This document shows, piece by piece, positions 37,353 to 47,500 of a stretch of DNA of 64,000 bases. A program made the translations under genes and the position numbers. The notes under the pieces were generated by a model that had not been told where the DNA came from, did not search any database, and saw nothing but the letters and a program-made list of their open reading frames with translations. The number at the start of each line of letters is the position of its first letter. Position 1 is the stretch's first letter. This DNA comes from an uncultured Planctomycetota bacterium. GTDB taxonomy: Bacteria > Planctomycetota > Planctomycetia > Isosphaerales > Isosphaeraceae. The stretch is from assembly GCA_963823665.1 (NCBI GenBank), contig CAWGMQ010000005.1, positions 640,001 through 704,000 of the forward strand, written 5' to 3'.

Positions 37353-39992
37353 ATGCGGGGACTCGAGGTCGTCCCGGTGCTGGCAACGCTGGTGTTTCAA
37401 CAGCCCGCATCAAAATCCGAGGCGCTCAAACCCGTCAAGTTCACGGTTGTCGACCGGGTGACGAAGAAGCCGCTGAACGAATTCTCCTACTCGTTGTCAA
37501 TCACCGTTCCCGGTGAGGTCCATGAGCGGCACGAAGCGAAGGAGCCTGCTCGCGTCGATGTGAAGTCGGCGACAGGAACGTTCGTGGTGCCGGCGCCGGC
37601 TTCGTGCAGACTGGAACTGGATATTGATTCGCGGGACACGGTCGCCGGATATCAACACAACCTTATCAACTCGTTCGCCTTGCAGTCGTCCGATCCGAAG
37701 CGCGAGTTCGTGATCCAGGTTGAGGTGGGGATCACCGTGCGCGGCATCGTTCGCGACTCAGCCGAAAAGAAACCACTTGCCGGCGCGACCGTTGCGCCGA
37801 TCATCGATATGCACCAGGCCCGCGGGCCGAACCTCGAGCGCGCGGTGAAAACGGATGCTGACGGACGCTTTGAAGTGCACGGAGTCAACCCGCAGTGGGG
37901 TGCCGTGGTCAAGCATCCTTCGCATAAGTCGCATTTCATCGCTTGCGGAGGGCCGGAGGTGCTACGCGGCGACCCCCTGCTCATCGATCTCAAGGTGGGG
38001 GAAGCCCAGACAATTCGCGGTATCATCCGGGACGACGATTCCCGTGGAGTTCAGGGTGCCGAGATCTCAGGATGGGGCGTCACGACAACCTCCGGGCCGG
38101 ACGGCCGATTCACGCTGGTTATTCCACCGCCGGATTACACGCACGGAGAGGTTCACTTCAAGAAGGCGGGTTACGCCAGAAAGGGATTCGAAAGCGTTCA
38201 GTTGCCGATGACCGAAGAGCTGGCCGTCCAGATGGTGCCGCTCTTTGACGTCAATGGCACGGTGCTCTCGAGCACGGGCGAGCCGGTGTCGTCGTTCACG
38301 ATGGCCGTTGGGCCCAAGCTGGACTCCGAATACGGCGAGTGCATTGCGCAGCAGGTGCAGGACCCGGCGGGGCAGTTCTCCGTCCTGGCCAAGGAGGCGG
38401 GCTTGAACCGCGTGCTCGTGAAGGCGGACCGGCACGCCGTCTGGAAAGGGACGATCTCGGTTGCGCGGAAGGGCGTGCTCCAGAAGATCAAGCTTCAACC
38501 TGGAGTGACGGTCTCCGGGCGCGTGGCGAGGCCAGCCGGCTCGCGCGCGCCGCTGGCCGCAAGGCTCATTCCAAACCCCGTTCGGGGCATGGAAAACATC
38601 TACGACGAAACCGGGCGCGGGCTCGCGACCTTGAAGTCTCACATCGCCGACGACGGAACGTACGTCTTCGAGCACGTTCGACCCGATGGCTACCAGCTCT
38701 GCGTTGAAGGCGAAGACATCACACCGGTGTACCGGCTGGTCGAGGTTGAACACCGCAGCCTGGATATCGGCGAGCTGCAACCGGCCGGCACCGGGCGCAT
38801 CGTCGGGACGATTCATCTTGCGGGCGGCCTGAATGAGACGGCATGGCCGTTCGCTGCGGTCTTCCTGGAGTCGGCCGGGCGGCGCGTGACCCGGGAGAGC
38901 GTGACGGGTGAGGAGCGTGCGGCGACGGCGGACGAAAACGGCCAGTTCACGCTTGAGCACGTTCCTGAAGGAGTCCACGGCATTCTGGCTCGTGGGGTCA
39001 ACTTAGACAGTTATGCCGCGCCTTTCATGTGGGGGGCGCGGGTGGTTGCAGGAAAGACGACCGAGGTTCACACGTTCGACCGCGGAAAAGACAGGCGGTT
39101 GGAGTTATCGATCGTCGTGGGCAACGGTTCGCGGCGAGACTTTGAGAACGGCAGTGCGGAGCGCAAGCAGGAGCACACGCTGCTTTCGTTCTTGAATCCA
39201 GAGCCGAGCTTCACGCTGGCGCTCATGCCGCGGGTGAACGAGGCCTGCGCATTCTCGATGGAGACCAATCCTGGCAACCGAAGCGATCGAGCAAGGATTC
39301 GCCTGAACGACGTTAGCCCGGGCGCGTACCATCTCAGCCTGACCGATGCGCCGGAATACGTCGGTGCGATCGGGAGCGTTCTCTACGAGCACGAAGTACT
39401 GTTCCGCCCGGGCGCACCACCGGTGGAGATCTCGCTGGGCGCGGCATCGATTGAATGCACGGTCGAGCGCGGATGGCACGGCTCCGTGCTGGCGATCGAG
39501 CAAGGGTCGGAGCTTCCGGCGAGGCTGGTGCATTACTCCGAGGATCGACCTTTTGCGATCCGGTTCGTCCGCCCGGGGACTTATACGCTGATTGCGCACG
39601 ACGAGAAGAACGGCTGGGGCAAGGCCCCGCGATTCCAGGTGGGAAATGGAATTGCCAAGGCCGCTCCGATCAAGCTGGTGGCTGGCGGGTCGGTGCAAGG
39701 GCGGGTCATCGCGCGAGTTGCGTGCCTTGTGCCGGACGCCGTTGTCGCAGTCGATTCCACAGGCATTGAGATAGCGGACAGCAAATTTGGTCAGTCCGAA
39801 CTCATGGAATACCGAATTCCCCACCTATGGCCGGGCGAGTGGACGATCAAGCTGCTGGCGGAAGAGAACGAAGTGGCCAGCACTCGCGTGAAGATCTCCG
39901 GCATCGAGGCTGTCACGTCGGACCTGGTCGTGAGCGAGCCTTCCCCGCATCACCACGATGGTGATCGGCCGGCAATCGGGGGTCGACGGTAA
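37353..39992 (+). CDS. Secreted protein with repeated carboxypeptidase-regulatory-like (Ig-like) domains
   Basis: AGGAGG upstream. Repeated RGIVRD...PLAGATV...TDADGRF, RGIIRD...SGPDGRF, VSGRV...DDGTYVFEHVRPDGY and ADENGQFTLEHVPEG units. Confidence 0.78.
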   Translation: MRGLEVVPVLATLVFQQPASKSEALKPVKFTVVDRVTKKPLNEFSYSLSITVPGEVHERHEAKEPARVDVKSATGTFVVPAPASCRLELDIDSRDTVAGYQHNLINSFALQSSDPKREFVIQVEVGITVRGIVRDSAEKKPLAGATVAPIIDMHQARGPNLERAVKTDADGRFEVHGVNPQWGAVVKHPSHKSHFIACGGPEVLRGDPLLIDLKVGEAQTIRGIIRDDDSRGVQGAEISGWGVTTTSGPDGRFTLVIPPPDYTHGEVHFKKAGYARKGFESVQLPMTEELAVQMVPLFDVNGTVLSSTGEPVSSFTMAVGPKLDSEYGECIAQQVQDPAGQFSVLAKEAGLNRVLVKADRHAVWKGTISVARKGVLQKIKLQPGVTVSGRVARPAGSRAPLAARLIPNPVRGMENIYDETGRGLATLKSHIADDGTYVFEHVRPDGYQLCVEGEDITPVYRLVEVEHRSLDIGELQPAGTGRIVGTIHLAGGLNETAWPFAAVFLESAGRRVTRESVTGEERAATADENGQFTLEHVPEGVHGILARGVNLDSYAAPFMWGARVVAGKTTEVHTFDRGKDRRLELSIVVGNGSRRDFENGSAERKQEHTLLSFLNPEPSFTLALMPRVNEACAFSMETNPGNRSDRARIRLNDVSPGAYHLSLTDAPEYVGAIGSVLYEHEVLFRPGAPPVEISLGAASIECTVERGWHGSVLAIEQGSELPARLVHYSEDRPFAIRFVRPGTYTLIAHDEKNGWGKAPRFQVGNGIAKAAPIKLVAGGSVQGRVIARVACLVPDAVVAVDSTGIEIADSKFGQSELMEYRIPHLWPGEWTIKLLAEENEVASTRVKISGIEAVTSDLVVSEPSPHHHDGDRPAIGGRR

Positions 39993-40027
39993 GAAGTCGG
40001 TGGTGGGTGATGCGTGGCGGATGATCC

Positions 40028-40069
40028 TCCTCGGGGTCAGACCTTTCCTCGGGGTCAGACCCTTCCTCG
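40028..40069. repeat. 18-bp tandem repeat containing REP-like palindrome GGGGTCAGACC(C)
   Basis: TCCTCGGGGTCAGACCTT followed by TCCTCGGGGTCAGACCCT, between convergent genes. Confidence 0.65.
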
Positions 40070-40205
40070 TCCTCACCGTGGGGTTCTTGATCGACGTTCG
40101 CGAGTTCGCGACAACCCTGGCGAGCCACCTGGGATTGGACGCGCCGCGTGCCACGGTCGAACGAAGGCGACCCCCTGGCCAGTGCGGTCGTCACGACCCA
40201 CGCGC

Positions 40206-41966
40206 TCACTTCGACTTCAACTCAAGCACCGGATCAAAGCTCGCCGGAGCCGTCTTCAGGCACTCGACCGTCCGCCCCAGCAGAGTCAGCCCCGGCAAGT
40301 CATAGCTCCCGCCGGCACCCGTCAGAATCGGAAAAACAGCCTGGGCGGCCTCGCTCCACTCGCCGGCTTCGTAGAGCGCGAGCGCTCGCTCATATGACTC
40401 GCGCCGATCCTGCCATTCGGGAGTTGCCGTCTCGGCGTGAAGCTCGTGCAGCTCGACGTCGCCGTCAATCCCCACAACTCGGGCGCGGCAGAGCCGGCGG
40501 GTGGCGAAGCTGGTTCCCAGCAGCTTGCGCGTCGAGCCGGTCACGAGCAAGCTCACGCCCAGGTGCTTGGTCGCCCCCTCGACACGGCTCGCCAGGTTGA
40601 CGGTATGCCCGAGCGGGCCGTACTTGAACTTCTGGTGGCTGCCCGTGTTTCCCACCAGTGCCGCCCCCGAGTTGATCCCCACGCCCAGGCCGATTGCTCG
40701 GCCGACCCGCCCTTCCCAGCGGCGATTGAGCTCCGGCAAACCGTCTCGCATCTGAAGCGCCGCCCGGCAGGCTCGCACGGCATGGTCCGGTTGCTCGAGC
40801 GGCGCGTTCCACATCGCCAGCAGCCCGTCGCCGATGTAGTCCACGACGACGCCCGATGTCTCCATGATCCGGGCTGTGAGGTGCTGCATCACGTCCCGGA
40901 TCAGCTCGCACGCCAGCCGCGGTGCGATTTTCTCTGAAATCGCCGAAAAACCGCGGATGTCGGCGAACAGAACGGTCACCTCGCGGTCGCGGCCGTCAAG
41001 AAGCGCCGGGTCGTGGTCAAGCGCGGCGGCCAGGTCGGGCGTGAAGAACTGCTCGAACTGAACGCGCCGGCGTGCCGCCTGCGCTTCGCCCTCCTGGCGG
41101 GCGAGCCCGGCCGCCACGGCCGCGGCCATCACCTGGGTCAACTGGGCCTCGATCGGGCGGATTTCCAGCGACCGCCCGGAGCCCCGGCGTGCCCCGTAAA
41201 CGGCGCCGATCACTTCCTGTGAATCGTCGAGAATCGGCGAGGCGACCACGGCCGTCACGCCTAGCAGGCTCATCGCGCTCGCCTGGAACTGGTCGCCTTG
41301 GTAAAACGTGCGGCGCTGGCTGACGACCGTCTTCAAGATCGACCGGCTGAACTGGCTCTTCGCGTCGTCGTGCGGGGGATAGCAGGCCACCGGGTCCCAG
41401 TCATCGTCACGCCGCAAGAGCACCAACCCGCAGTCGAGTCCGATCAGCTCCACAACGGCGCGTGCCGTCTCGGTGAAGTAGTTCGGTGACGACGCCGCGG
41501 CGCGTTGCACGCCGATCAGCGCCTCGAACCAACGCGCCATCTCGTCCGATTCGGGGGCCGGGCTCAACTGCGGCGCCATCGTCCGTTCGACGAGGCCGGG
41601 CCCAAGCGGTGCGCGGATCGTCTTGAGGGCCGCACCATCGACGGACGATTCAGTGGAGTCTTTCGATTCGATCTCGACAAGCGTGTCGCCCATCTGGAGC
41701 CGGGCGGGCAAAGACGCCAGCAACTCGCGCCCGGGGTCGATCAACGTTCCATCCGCCAGCCGAATGGTGACTTTTCCGCTCAAGTTGCGCAAGAGGACCG
41801 TGTCGTCCGCCTGCGGTTCGAGATAAAGCTGATTGGTGGATACGGTCGGGTCTTGAAGCACTCGCCGCGGAACGTCGCGCGTCGGCCCCCGCCCGAGCTC
41901 GAGCGGCCCCCCGCGATGGACGAACCGATCGCGCTCTGTCCGACTACTGAGCAAGATCCAGAGCAT
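40206..41966 (-). CDS. Class III nucleotide cyclase with FHA-like and GAF domains
   Basis: FHA-like ELGRG...DPTVS. GAF FSRSILKTV...VVASPIL...GAVYG. Catalytic VTVLFADIRGFSAISE, YIGDG, GVGINSG and GHTVNLASRVE. Confidence 0.92.
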   Translation of the reverse strand: MLWILLSSRTERDRFVHRGGPLELGRGPTRDVPRRVLQDPTVSTNQLYLEPQADDTVLLRNLSGKVTIRLADGTLIDPGRELLASLPARLQMGDTLVEIESKDSTESSVDGAALKTIRAPLGPGLVERTMAPQLSPAPESDEMARWFEALIGVQRAAASSPNYFTETARAVVELIGLDCGLVLLRRDDDWDPVACYPPHDDAKSQFSRSILKTVVSQRRTFYQGDQFQASAMSLLGVTAVVASPILDDSQEVIGAVYGARRGSGRSLEIRPIEAQLTQVMAAAVAAGLARQEGEAQAARRRVQFEQFFTPDLAAALDHDPALLDGRDREVTVLFADIRGFSAISEKIAPRLACELIRDVMQHLTARIMETSGVVVDYIGDGLLAMWNAPLEQPDHAVRACRAALQMRDGLPELNRRWEGRVGRAIGLGVGINSGAALVGNTGSHQKFKYGPLGHTVNLASRVEGATKHLGVSLLVTGSTRKLLGTSFATRRLCRARVVGIDGDVELHELHAETATPEWQDRRESYERALALYEAGEWSEAAQAVFPILTGAGGSYDLPGLTLLGRTVECLKTAPASFDPVLELKSK

Positions 41967-42080
41967 CAAAACCCAACCTGCTGGGCCATGCCGCGCCACT
42001 TTCCATTTGCACAATCGTCACCCGGCCCGAATTCCCTTTCACCGCGCCGGACCGTCTACAAATTGTACCACAAACACGGA

Positions 42081-44771
42081 TTATCCATGCTCCCGCCACT
42101 CATCGATCAGTGAGGCAACGAGCGCCGTCCAGCCGGTCTGGTGCGAGGCGCCTAACCCGGCCCCCGAGTCACCGTGGAAGTACTCGTAGAACAGAATCAG
42201 GTCGCGCCAGTGTGGATCCTCTTGCAGCTTCCGTTGCCGGCCGTAAACGGGGCGCCATCCGCTTGAAGGATCGCGCGCGAAAATGCTAATCAACTTTTCA
42301 GCGATCGATCGGGCCATCTCGCCGTAGGTGACAGGCTGCCCGAGAGAGCCCGCGGCGCTCACAGCACGCTCCGGCCCGTACGCCTTGGCCAGCTTGCGCA
42401 GCGACTCGATCAGCAGGAAGCAGGTTGGAAACCAGATCGGACCACGCCAGTTCGAGTTGCCTCCCTTGATCTTGCTGATCGCCTCAGCCGGCTCGTAGCC
42501 AACCGATTGCCCTTCGAAGACAAACGGCGACGCCTGGTGCGCTTTGGACAGGCTGCGGATGCCGTGGTCGGATAGGAACTCCGCCCTATCCCACACCCGC
42601 TCGAGCATCTTCCCGAGCTGGGCGTCGTTCACGATCGTCAGCACGTGCGTGACCGCACCCTCTCTTTTCACCGTATGCACCACACCCTCGATCAGGTCGC
42701 CACGGTTCGAAAGGAACCAATCAAGGTTGCGCCGGAAGCTTGCGAACGGCTCGATCCAAGCCTGCTCGAGCCGCTCGACGGCAAAGAGTGGAATCAGGCC
42801 GACCAGCGACCTCACCCGCAGCTCCCCGAACGATTGGTCGGGCCGCCGCAACACGTCGTAGAAGAATCCGTCGCGGTCGTCCCAGAGCGCATACGGGCGA
42901 TTCCCCATATGCTTCATCGCGGCCGCGACGTAAACGTAGTGCTGGAAGAATTTGGTCGCCAGCCCCTCGTACACCGGGTTTTCACGCGCCAGCTCGAGCG
43001 CGATCCGCATCATGTTCAGACAGAACATGCCCATCCAGCCGCTGCCGTCGGACTGCTCGAGCACCGTGCCGTCCTTGAAGTGAGTCGAACGGTCCAGCAC
43101 GGTGATGTTGTCCAGACCGAGAAACCCCCCCTCGAAGATGTTGTTGCCCGACTGGTCGACCTTGTTAACCCACCAGGCGAAATTGATCAGCAGCTTGTGG
43201 AAGCAGCGCTCGAGAAAAAGGCGATCAGCAACTCCGGTGCGCAGCCGCGCCATGTTGTAAACTCGCCACACGGCCCAGGCGTGCACCGGCGGGTTTGTGT
43301 CGGAAAACTCCCACTCGTATGCCGGGATCTGCCCGTTCGGATGCTGGAACTGCTCGAACAGGAGCAGCCAGAGCTGATCCATGGCGTAGCCCGGGTCGAC
43401 GAGCGCATAGCCGACGCAGTGAAACGCCAGGTCCCAGGCTGCAAACCACGGATACTCCCACTTGTCCGGAACCGACATCACCCGCAGCGAATTCAAATGC
43501 CGCCAGTGCTCGTTCCTCACCGACCGGCGCGACTCCGGCGGCGGGAAAGCCGGGTCATCGCCTTCGAGCCATCGGTTCACATCGAAGAGATAACTTTGTT
43601 TGCTCCAGAGCAGGCCGGCCAGCGCCTGCCGCTGGATGCGCCGCTCGTCTTCGCTCGCCGTGCCCGGATGAATCTCTCGGTAGAATTCGTCGGCCTCCGC
43701 CTTTCGCGCGGCAATGATCTCATCGACTTTGCGCAGAGCCGGCCGTTCTCCAGCCGCCTCTCTGAGCCGGAGCCGGATCACCGCCGAGCTCCCCGGCGAT
43801 ACGGCGTCGAATCGGTAGTGGAGCGCGGCCTTGGTCCCGATTTCGAGGGGGTTGATGCACGGCTCGCCCTGAATGATGAAGCGGTGGAATGCATCCTTGA
43901 CGTAGGCGTGTGCATGCAGGCGACCGGCACCCTCGACCCTCGCACCGTTGGTCTCGTTGTCGGTGAAAAGAAGCCGCCCGCCAGGGGGTGCATCCAGGGT
44001 GCGCCGCCCAAGGTGATATTCAACCGGAACGGTCGCCAGCGATTGAACTCCGGTGTCATCGATCGCCAGGCTAAAGCCGTCCGGACCCTCGGAGCCGCGC
44101 CGGATCGTGGGCCGGGTGGCTGAGACGGGGCCAAACGCCCAGGTATTCCGGAACCACAACTGGGGCAGGATAACGAGCGGCGCAGGCTCGGGACCGCGAT
44201 TGAAAGCCTCGATGCGGATCACGATGTCTTCGGGTGTGGCCTTGGCGTATTCGATCACGATATCGAAGTAGCGGTCCTGGTCGAAGATTCCGGTGTCGAT
44301 CAGCTCGAATTCGGGCCCCTGCCCGTTCCTGGCCCTGTTCTCCTCGATGAGACGGCAATAGGGATACTCGTCCTGGGGATACTTGTAGAGGTACTTCATG
44401 TATGCATGTGATGGCAAATTGTCGAGGTAGTAGTAACACTCCTTGACGTCCTCGCCGTGGTTTCCTTCATGCGGAGTCAGCCCGAAAAGGCGCTCCTTGA
44501 GGATCGGGTCGCGGACGTTCCAGAATGCGGGGGCGAAGCAAAAGAGCTGAAAGCGGTCGCAGATGCCGGCAATGCCGTCCTCTCCCCAGCGGTAGGCCTT
44601 GCTCCGCGCCTGGTCGTGAGAGAGAAATCCCCACGCTTTGCCGTCGGCGCTGTAGTCTTCGCGCACGGTTGCCCATGCGCGCTCGGAGACATACGGGCCC
44701 CACCGACGCCACGATCCGATGTCGTCGCGGATCTCGGCCAGTCGTCTGTGCTCGGCCGTATCTGGAAGCAC
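42081..44771 (-). CDS. GH63/MGH1-like glycoside hydrolase (glucosidase)
   Basis: Motifs [58 protein letters not shown] and [25 protein letters not shown] start at 44771. Confidence 0.9.
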   Translation of the reverse strand: MLPDTAEHRRLAEIRDDIGSWRRWGPYVSERAWATVREDYSADGKAWGFLSHDQARSKAYRWGEDGIAGICDRFQLFCFAPAFWNVRDPILKERLFGLTPHEGNHGEDVKECYYYLDNLPSHAYMKYLYKYPQDEYPYCRLIEENRARNGQGPEFELIDTGIFDQDRYFDIVIEYAKATPEDIVIRIEAFNRGPEPAPLVILPQLWFRNTWAFGPVSATRPTIRRGSEGPDGFSLAIDDTGVQSLATVPVEYHLGRRTLDAPPGGRLLFTDNETNGARVEGAGRLHAHAYVKDAFHRFIIQGEPCINPLEIGTKAALHYRFDAVSPGSSAVIRLRLREAAGERPALRKVDEIIAARKAEADEFYREIHPGTASEDERRIQRQALAGLLWSKQSYLFDVNRWLEGDDPAFPPPESRRSVRNEHWRHLNSLRVMSVPDKWEYPWFAAWDLAFHCVGYALVDPGYAMDQLWLLLFEQFQHPNGQIPAYEWEFSDTNPPVHAWAVWRVYNMARLRTGVADRLFLERCFHKLLINFAWWVNKVDQSGNNIFEGGFLGLDNITVLDRSTHFKDGTVLEQSDGSGWMGMFCLNMMRIALELARENPVYEGLATKFFQHYVYVAAAMKHMGNRPYALWDDRDGFFYDVLRRPDQSFGELRVRSLVGLIPLFAVERLEQAWIEPFASFRRNLDWFLSNRGDLIEGVVHTVKREGAVTHVLTIVNDAQLGKMLERVWDRAEFLSDHGIRSLSKAHQASPFVFEGQSVGYEPAEAISKIKGGNSNWRGPIWFPTCFLLIESLRKLAKAYGPERAVSAAGSLGQPVTYGEMARSIAEKLISIFARDPSSGWRPVYGRQRKLQEDPHWRDLILFYEYFHGDSGAGLGASHQTGWTALVASLIDEWREHG

Positions 44772-44775
44772 GCGC

Positions 44776-46270
44776 TCACCGCCCTCGAGACGGGAACCGG
44801 CCCGGTTCAAATCCGCGCGGGCTGTCGAAGCCTTTGGGAAACTCCAGCCGCTCGAGCAGCTCGCAAAGTTGCTTGTGCAGCGCGTCTTGGTCTGGTGTGT
44901 GCACCGGGGCCGAAGCCAGCGACGATTGATACAAAGGCACCAGTGAAAGGTACGCGCTGCGCGGCCTCGTCCCAGCTTGCAACCTGCTCCCACGCCTTCG
45001 GATCGTCGATCCGCTCGATCAAGCCCTCGATCGTCTTGACGTCGAACTTGTGCTTTCCGACATCGTCGAGGCACTTGTCGATCGACTTTGATGCATACTG
45101 CACAGCCGACTTGATCTCCGGAATCGCTGCTTGCTTCTCCATCAGGAGCGCGAGCCGGCCGAGTGCCTCCGCTGTTGCCGCTCGATTCCCTGGGCCAACG
45201 GCAGGCGAGGCGAAGAGCGCCTCCGTGCCGGGCAAGATCCAGGTTCCCCAGCGCAGTGAACCGACGGCCACGCCGTTGGCTCGAAGCGTGCGACGCCAGG
45301 TCTGGTCGCGCAGGTCGTGATGGCACGAGAAGCAGCCAAATTCGGCGAATTCCGGCCAGGGTGCCGTCGGCTTGTTGTTCGCAGGATTGATCCCGGGCAG
45401 GGGCTCGGGAGGAGCCTCGGACGCGGCGGCGCGTTTCTCTGGCTCGGGCAATCGTCGCTCCAGTAGCGCGAGCGCTGCCTTGATGGTGGTCAATCGGCCG
45501 ACGGCCCACGCCCGTGCAGCGAAGTTCTCCGCCGAAGCACCCGATCCGTCTTCACCGGGTTTCTTGTACTTTTCATCCCAGTGCGGCGGCATGTTTTCCA
45601 GATACGCGGAAAACTCGAAGCTCAACCGGGGATGACCGGCGGCGATCAGGTCGTGATTGACGTCGCGCACGGTTAAACCGTCAGAACGCTCGCCCACGTG
45701 GCAGCCTGCACAGATCTCCGCGCGGACTTTCAGGTCCTTGGTGTTCAGCAGGCCCTTGGCAAACTTGGCGGCGGCATCAAGCGTCGTCCACTCCGCGGTG
45801 GTGTGCGGCCCGATGTAGTTCGCCGCGGCCCCGTGGCACGCCTCGCAGCCAACTCCGTCGGAGTTCAGCCAGGTGGTCCGTTCGAGCTCGGCGGCCGGCC
45901 GCGTCGTCGTGTGGCACGCCAGGCACCGCTCGTCTTCGAAAGCCTTCAGGTGCTTGCCCTCTGATCCCGCAAGCTTGCTCTCGATACCCTCGGAGCGCCG
46001 GTCGAACAGGACCGCGTACGCCCGGGAGTGCTTGCCGGACGACATCCACGTCGTGTGCTCGTTCCGCCTCACGCTCGTGAGCGGCGACTTCACTTCCTTG
46101 ATGCTACCGTGACACGCCACCGCCGAGCACGATCCCGCGCCTCGGAATTCGGATGCCGCGACGGGTGTCGTCGCGCGGCCGGTTCCTTGCCGGGTCGGCT
46201 CATTTCCCCGGCAGAGCGCGGCAATCACGCAGCCGGCTAGAAGCAATAGACCATAGCGTGCCCCTCGCAT
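44776..46270 (-). CDS. Periplasmic multiheme cytochrome c, cytochrome c554-like N-domain (frameshift near 44952)
   Basis: Signal peptide. Heme motifs [26 protein letters not shown] and CFSCH; also W..SGKHSRAY and [14 protein letters not shown]. The C-terminus continues in ORF 44776..44982. Confidence 0.85.
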
Positions 46271-46494
46271 GCCGGCTCCCGCAAAATCGGTGCGACACAA
46301 AAGTTCTGCCCGGCCGGACCTGTGCCAGGATACGGCAGGAACGGACGAAAGCCCAGGAATTAGTGGGCTCAAGACTTTTTTTGTAATATAACATGTCAGC
46401 GCGATCGTGGGCGGAGCCTCCTCGGGATCGCGCATGCTCGACTGGCCGAACGAGCCCGGCGCTCGAATCGAATCTCCCGAGGCGGAGTGATTGA

Positions 46495-47487
46495 ATGCTG
46501 GTCTTCGGTCGTGAGAACTGGCGAGCTCACCTTCCCTGGTGTGTGGCAATTCTCGCGGCAACGGCGGCGGCGGCGGTTGGTTACATCGCTTACGGGTTCA
46601 GCGCGGGCTCCTGGAGCCCGCCGGGAGGCGCAAGCCCGCCAGGGTTCGTCTACGGGCTCGCGGGCGGCGCCATCATCTTGTTCGAAATGTTGCTCTGGCC
46701 GCGAAAATCGCTCTGGCGCGGCTGGCGCCTCGGCAGGACCAAGCTCTGGATGACGGCCCACATCTGGCTCGGGCTCTTGACCATTCCCTTGCTGCTTTTG
46801 CACGGCGGCTTTCATTTCAGCCTCGGCAGAGCCACCCTCGCCGCGGTTCTGATGTGGCTCCTGGTCCTCGTGGTCGGCAGCGGCATCTTCGGTCTCGTGC
46901 TTCAGAACATTTTGCCGAAGCTCATCCTCGAACAGGTTCCGGCGGAGACGATCCACGCACAGATCGGGCACATCCTCGAACAGTATCGCGACGAGGCCCA
47001 GCGGCTGGTGGACGTGACCTGCGGCGATACCGAGTCCTCTGAAAGTGGACGCACGATTGCCGCTGTCCCTGATCGGGCTTTCGAGTCGCGTGTCGCTTCG
47101 GGATTGGTTCGTCAGGTCGGCCGCGTTCAGGGCAAGGTGGTGCAGTCGAGCATTGAGGCCAGTTGGGTACCCGGCTCGGAAGACTTGAGAAGCTTCCACC
47201 GCGACCAGGTCGACCCTTACCTTCGCGCCCGTTCCGGAACCCGGATGCGGCTGGGATCGCAGACTCAAGCGAGAGCCATGTTCCAGGCGGTCGAGGCTCG
47301 GCTCCCTCCGGCGGCGCACGACGCGGCGAAGCGCCTGGCGGATTTTTGCGAACAGCGCCGGCAATTCGATCTCCAGACGCGGATCCACTTCTGGCTGCAC
47401 GCGTGGCTGGGCGTTCATGTCGCCCTCTCCGTCGCCTTGACACTGCTGATGATCATTCACGCCGTTCTCGCGCTCGAGTATCTCTAG
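46495..47487 (+). CDS. His-containing integral membrane protein (possible cytochrome b-like quinone-interacting subunit)
   Basis: About five TM helices with His at WMTAHIWLG, LLLHGGF, WLGVHVAL and MIIHAV. Lies 13 nt upstream of a decaheme cytochrome. Confidence 0.65.
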   Translation: MLVFGRENWRAHLPWCVAILAATAAAAVGYIAYGFSAGSWSPPGGASPPGFVYGLAGGAIILFEMLLWPRKSLWRGWRLGRTKLWMTAHIWLGLLTIPLLLLHGGFHFSLGRATLAAVLMWLLVLVVGSGIFGLVLQNILPKLILEQVPAETIHAQIGHILEQYRDEAQRLVDVTCGDTESSESGRTIAAVPDRAFESRVASGLVRQVGRVQGKVVQSSIEASWVPGSEDLRSFHRDQVDPYLRARSGTRMRLGSQTQARAMFQAVEARLPPAAHDAAKRLADFCEQRRQFDLQTRIHFWLHAWLGVHVALSVALTLLMIIHAVLALEYL

Positions 47488-47500
47488 CCTCAGGTAGGTC

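Noticed and set aside
40206..41966. Pycsar or CBASS anti-phage cyclase system
   Set aside because: The cyclase has FHA-like and GAF regulatory domains. The cNMP domains are fused to Fe-S modules, not TIR or TM effectors, and are not adjacent. No CD-NTase motif is present.
44772..45509. N-terminal extension of the GH63 ORF (1142 aa)
   Set aside because: It overlaps the cytochrome gene in another frame. GH63 similarity begins at the GTG at 44771.
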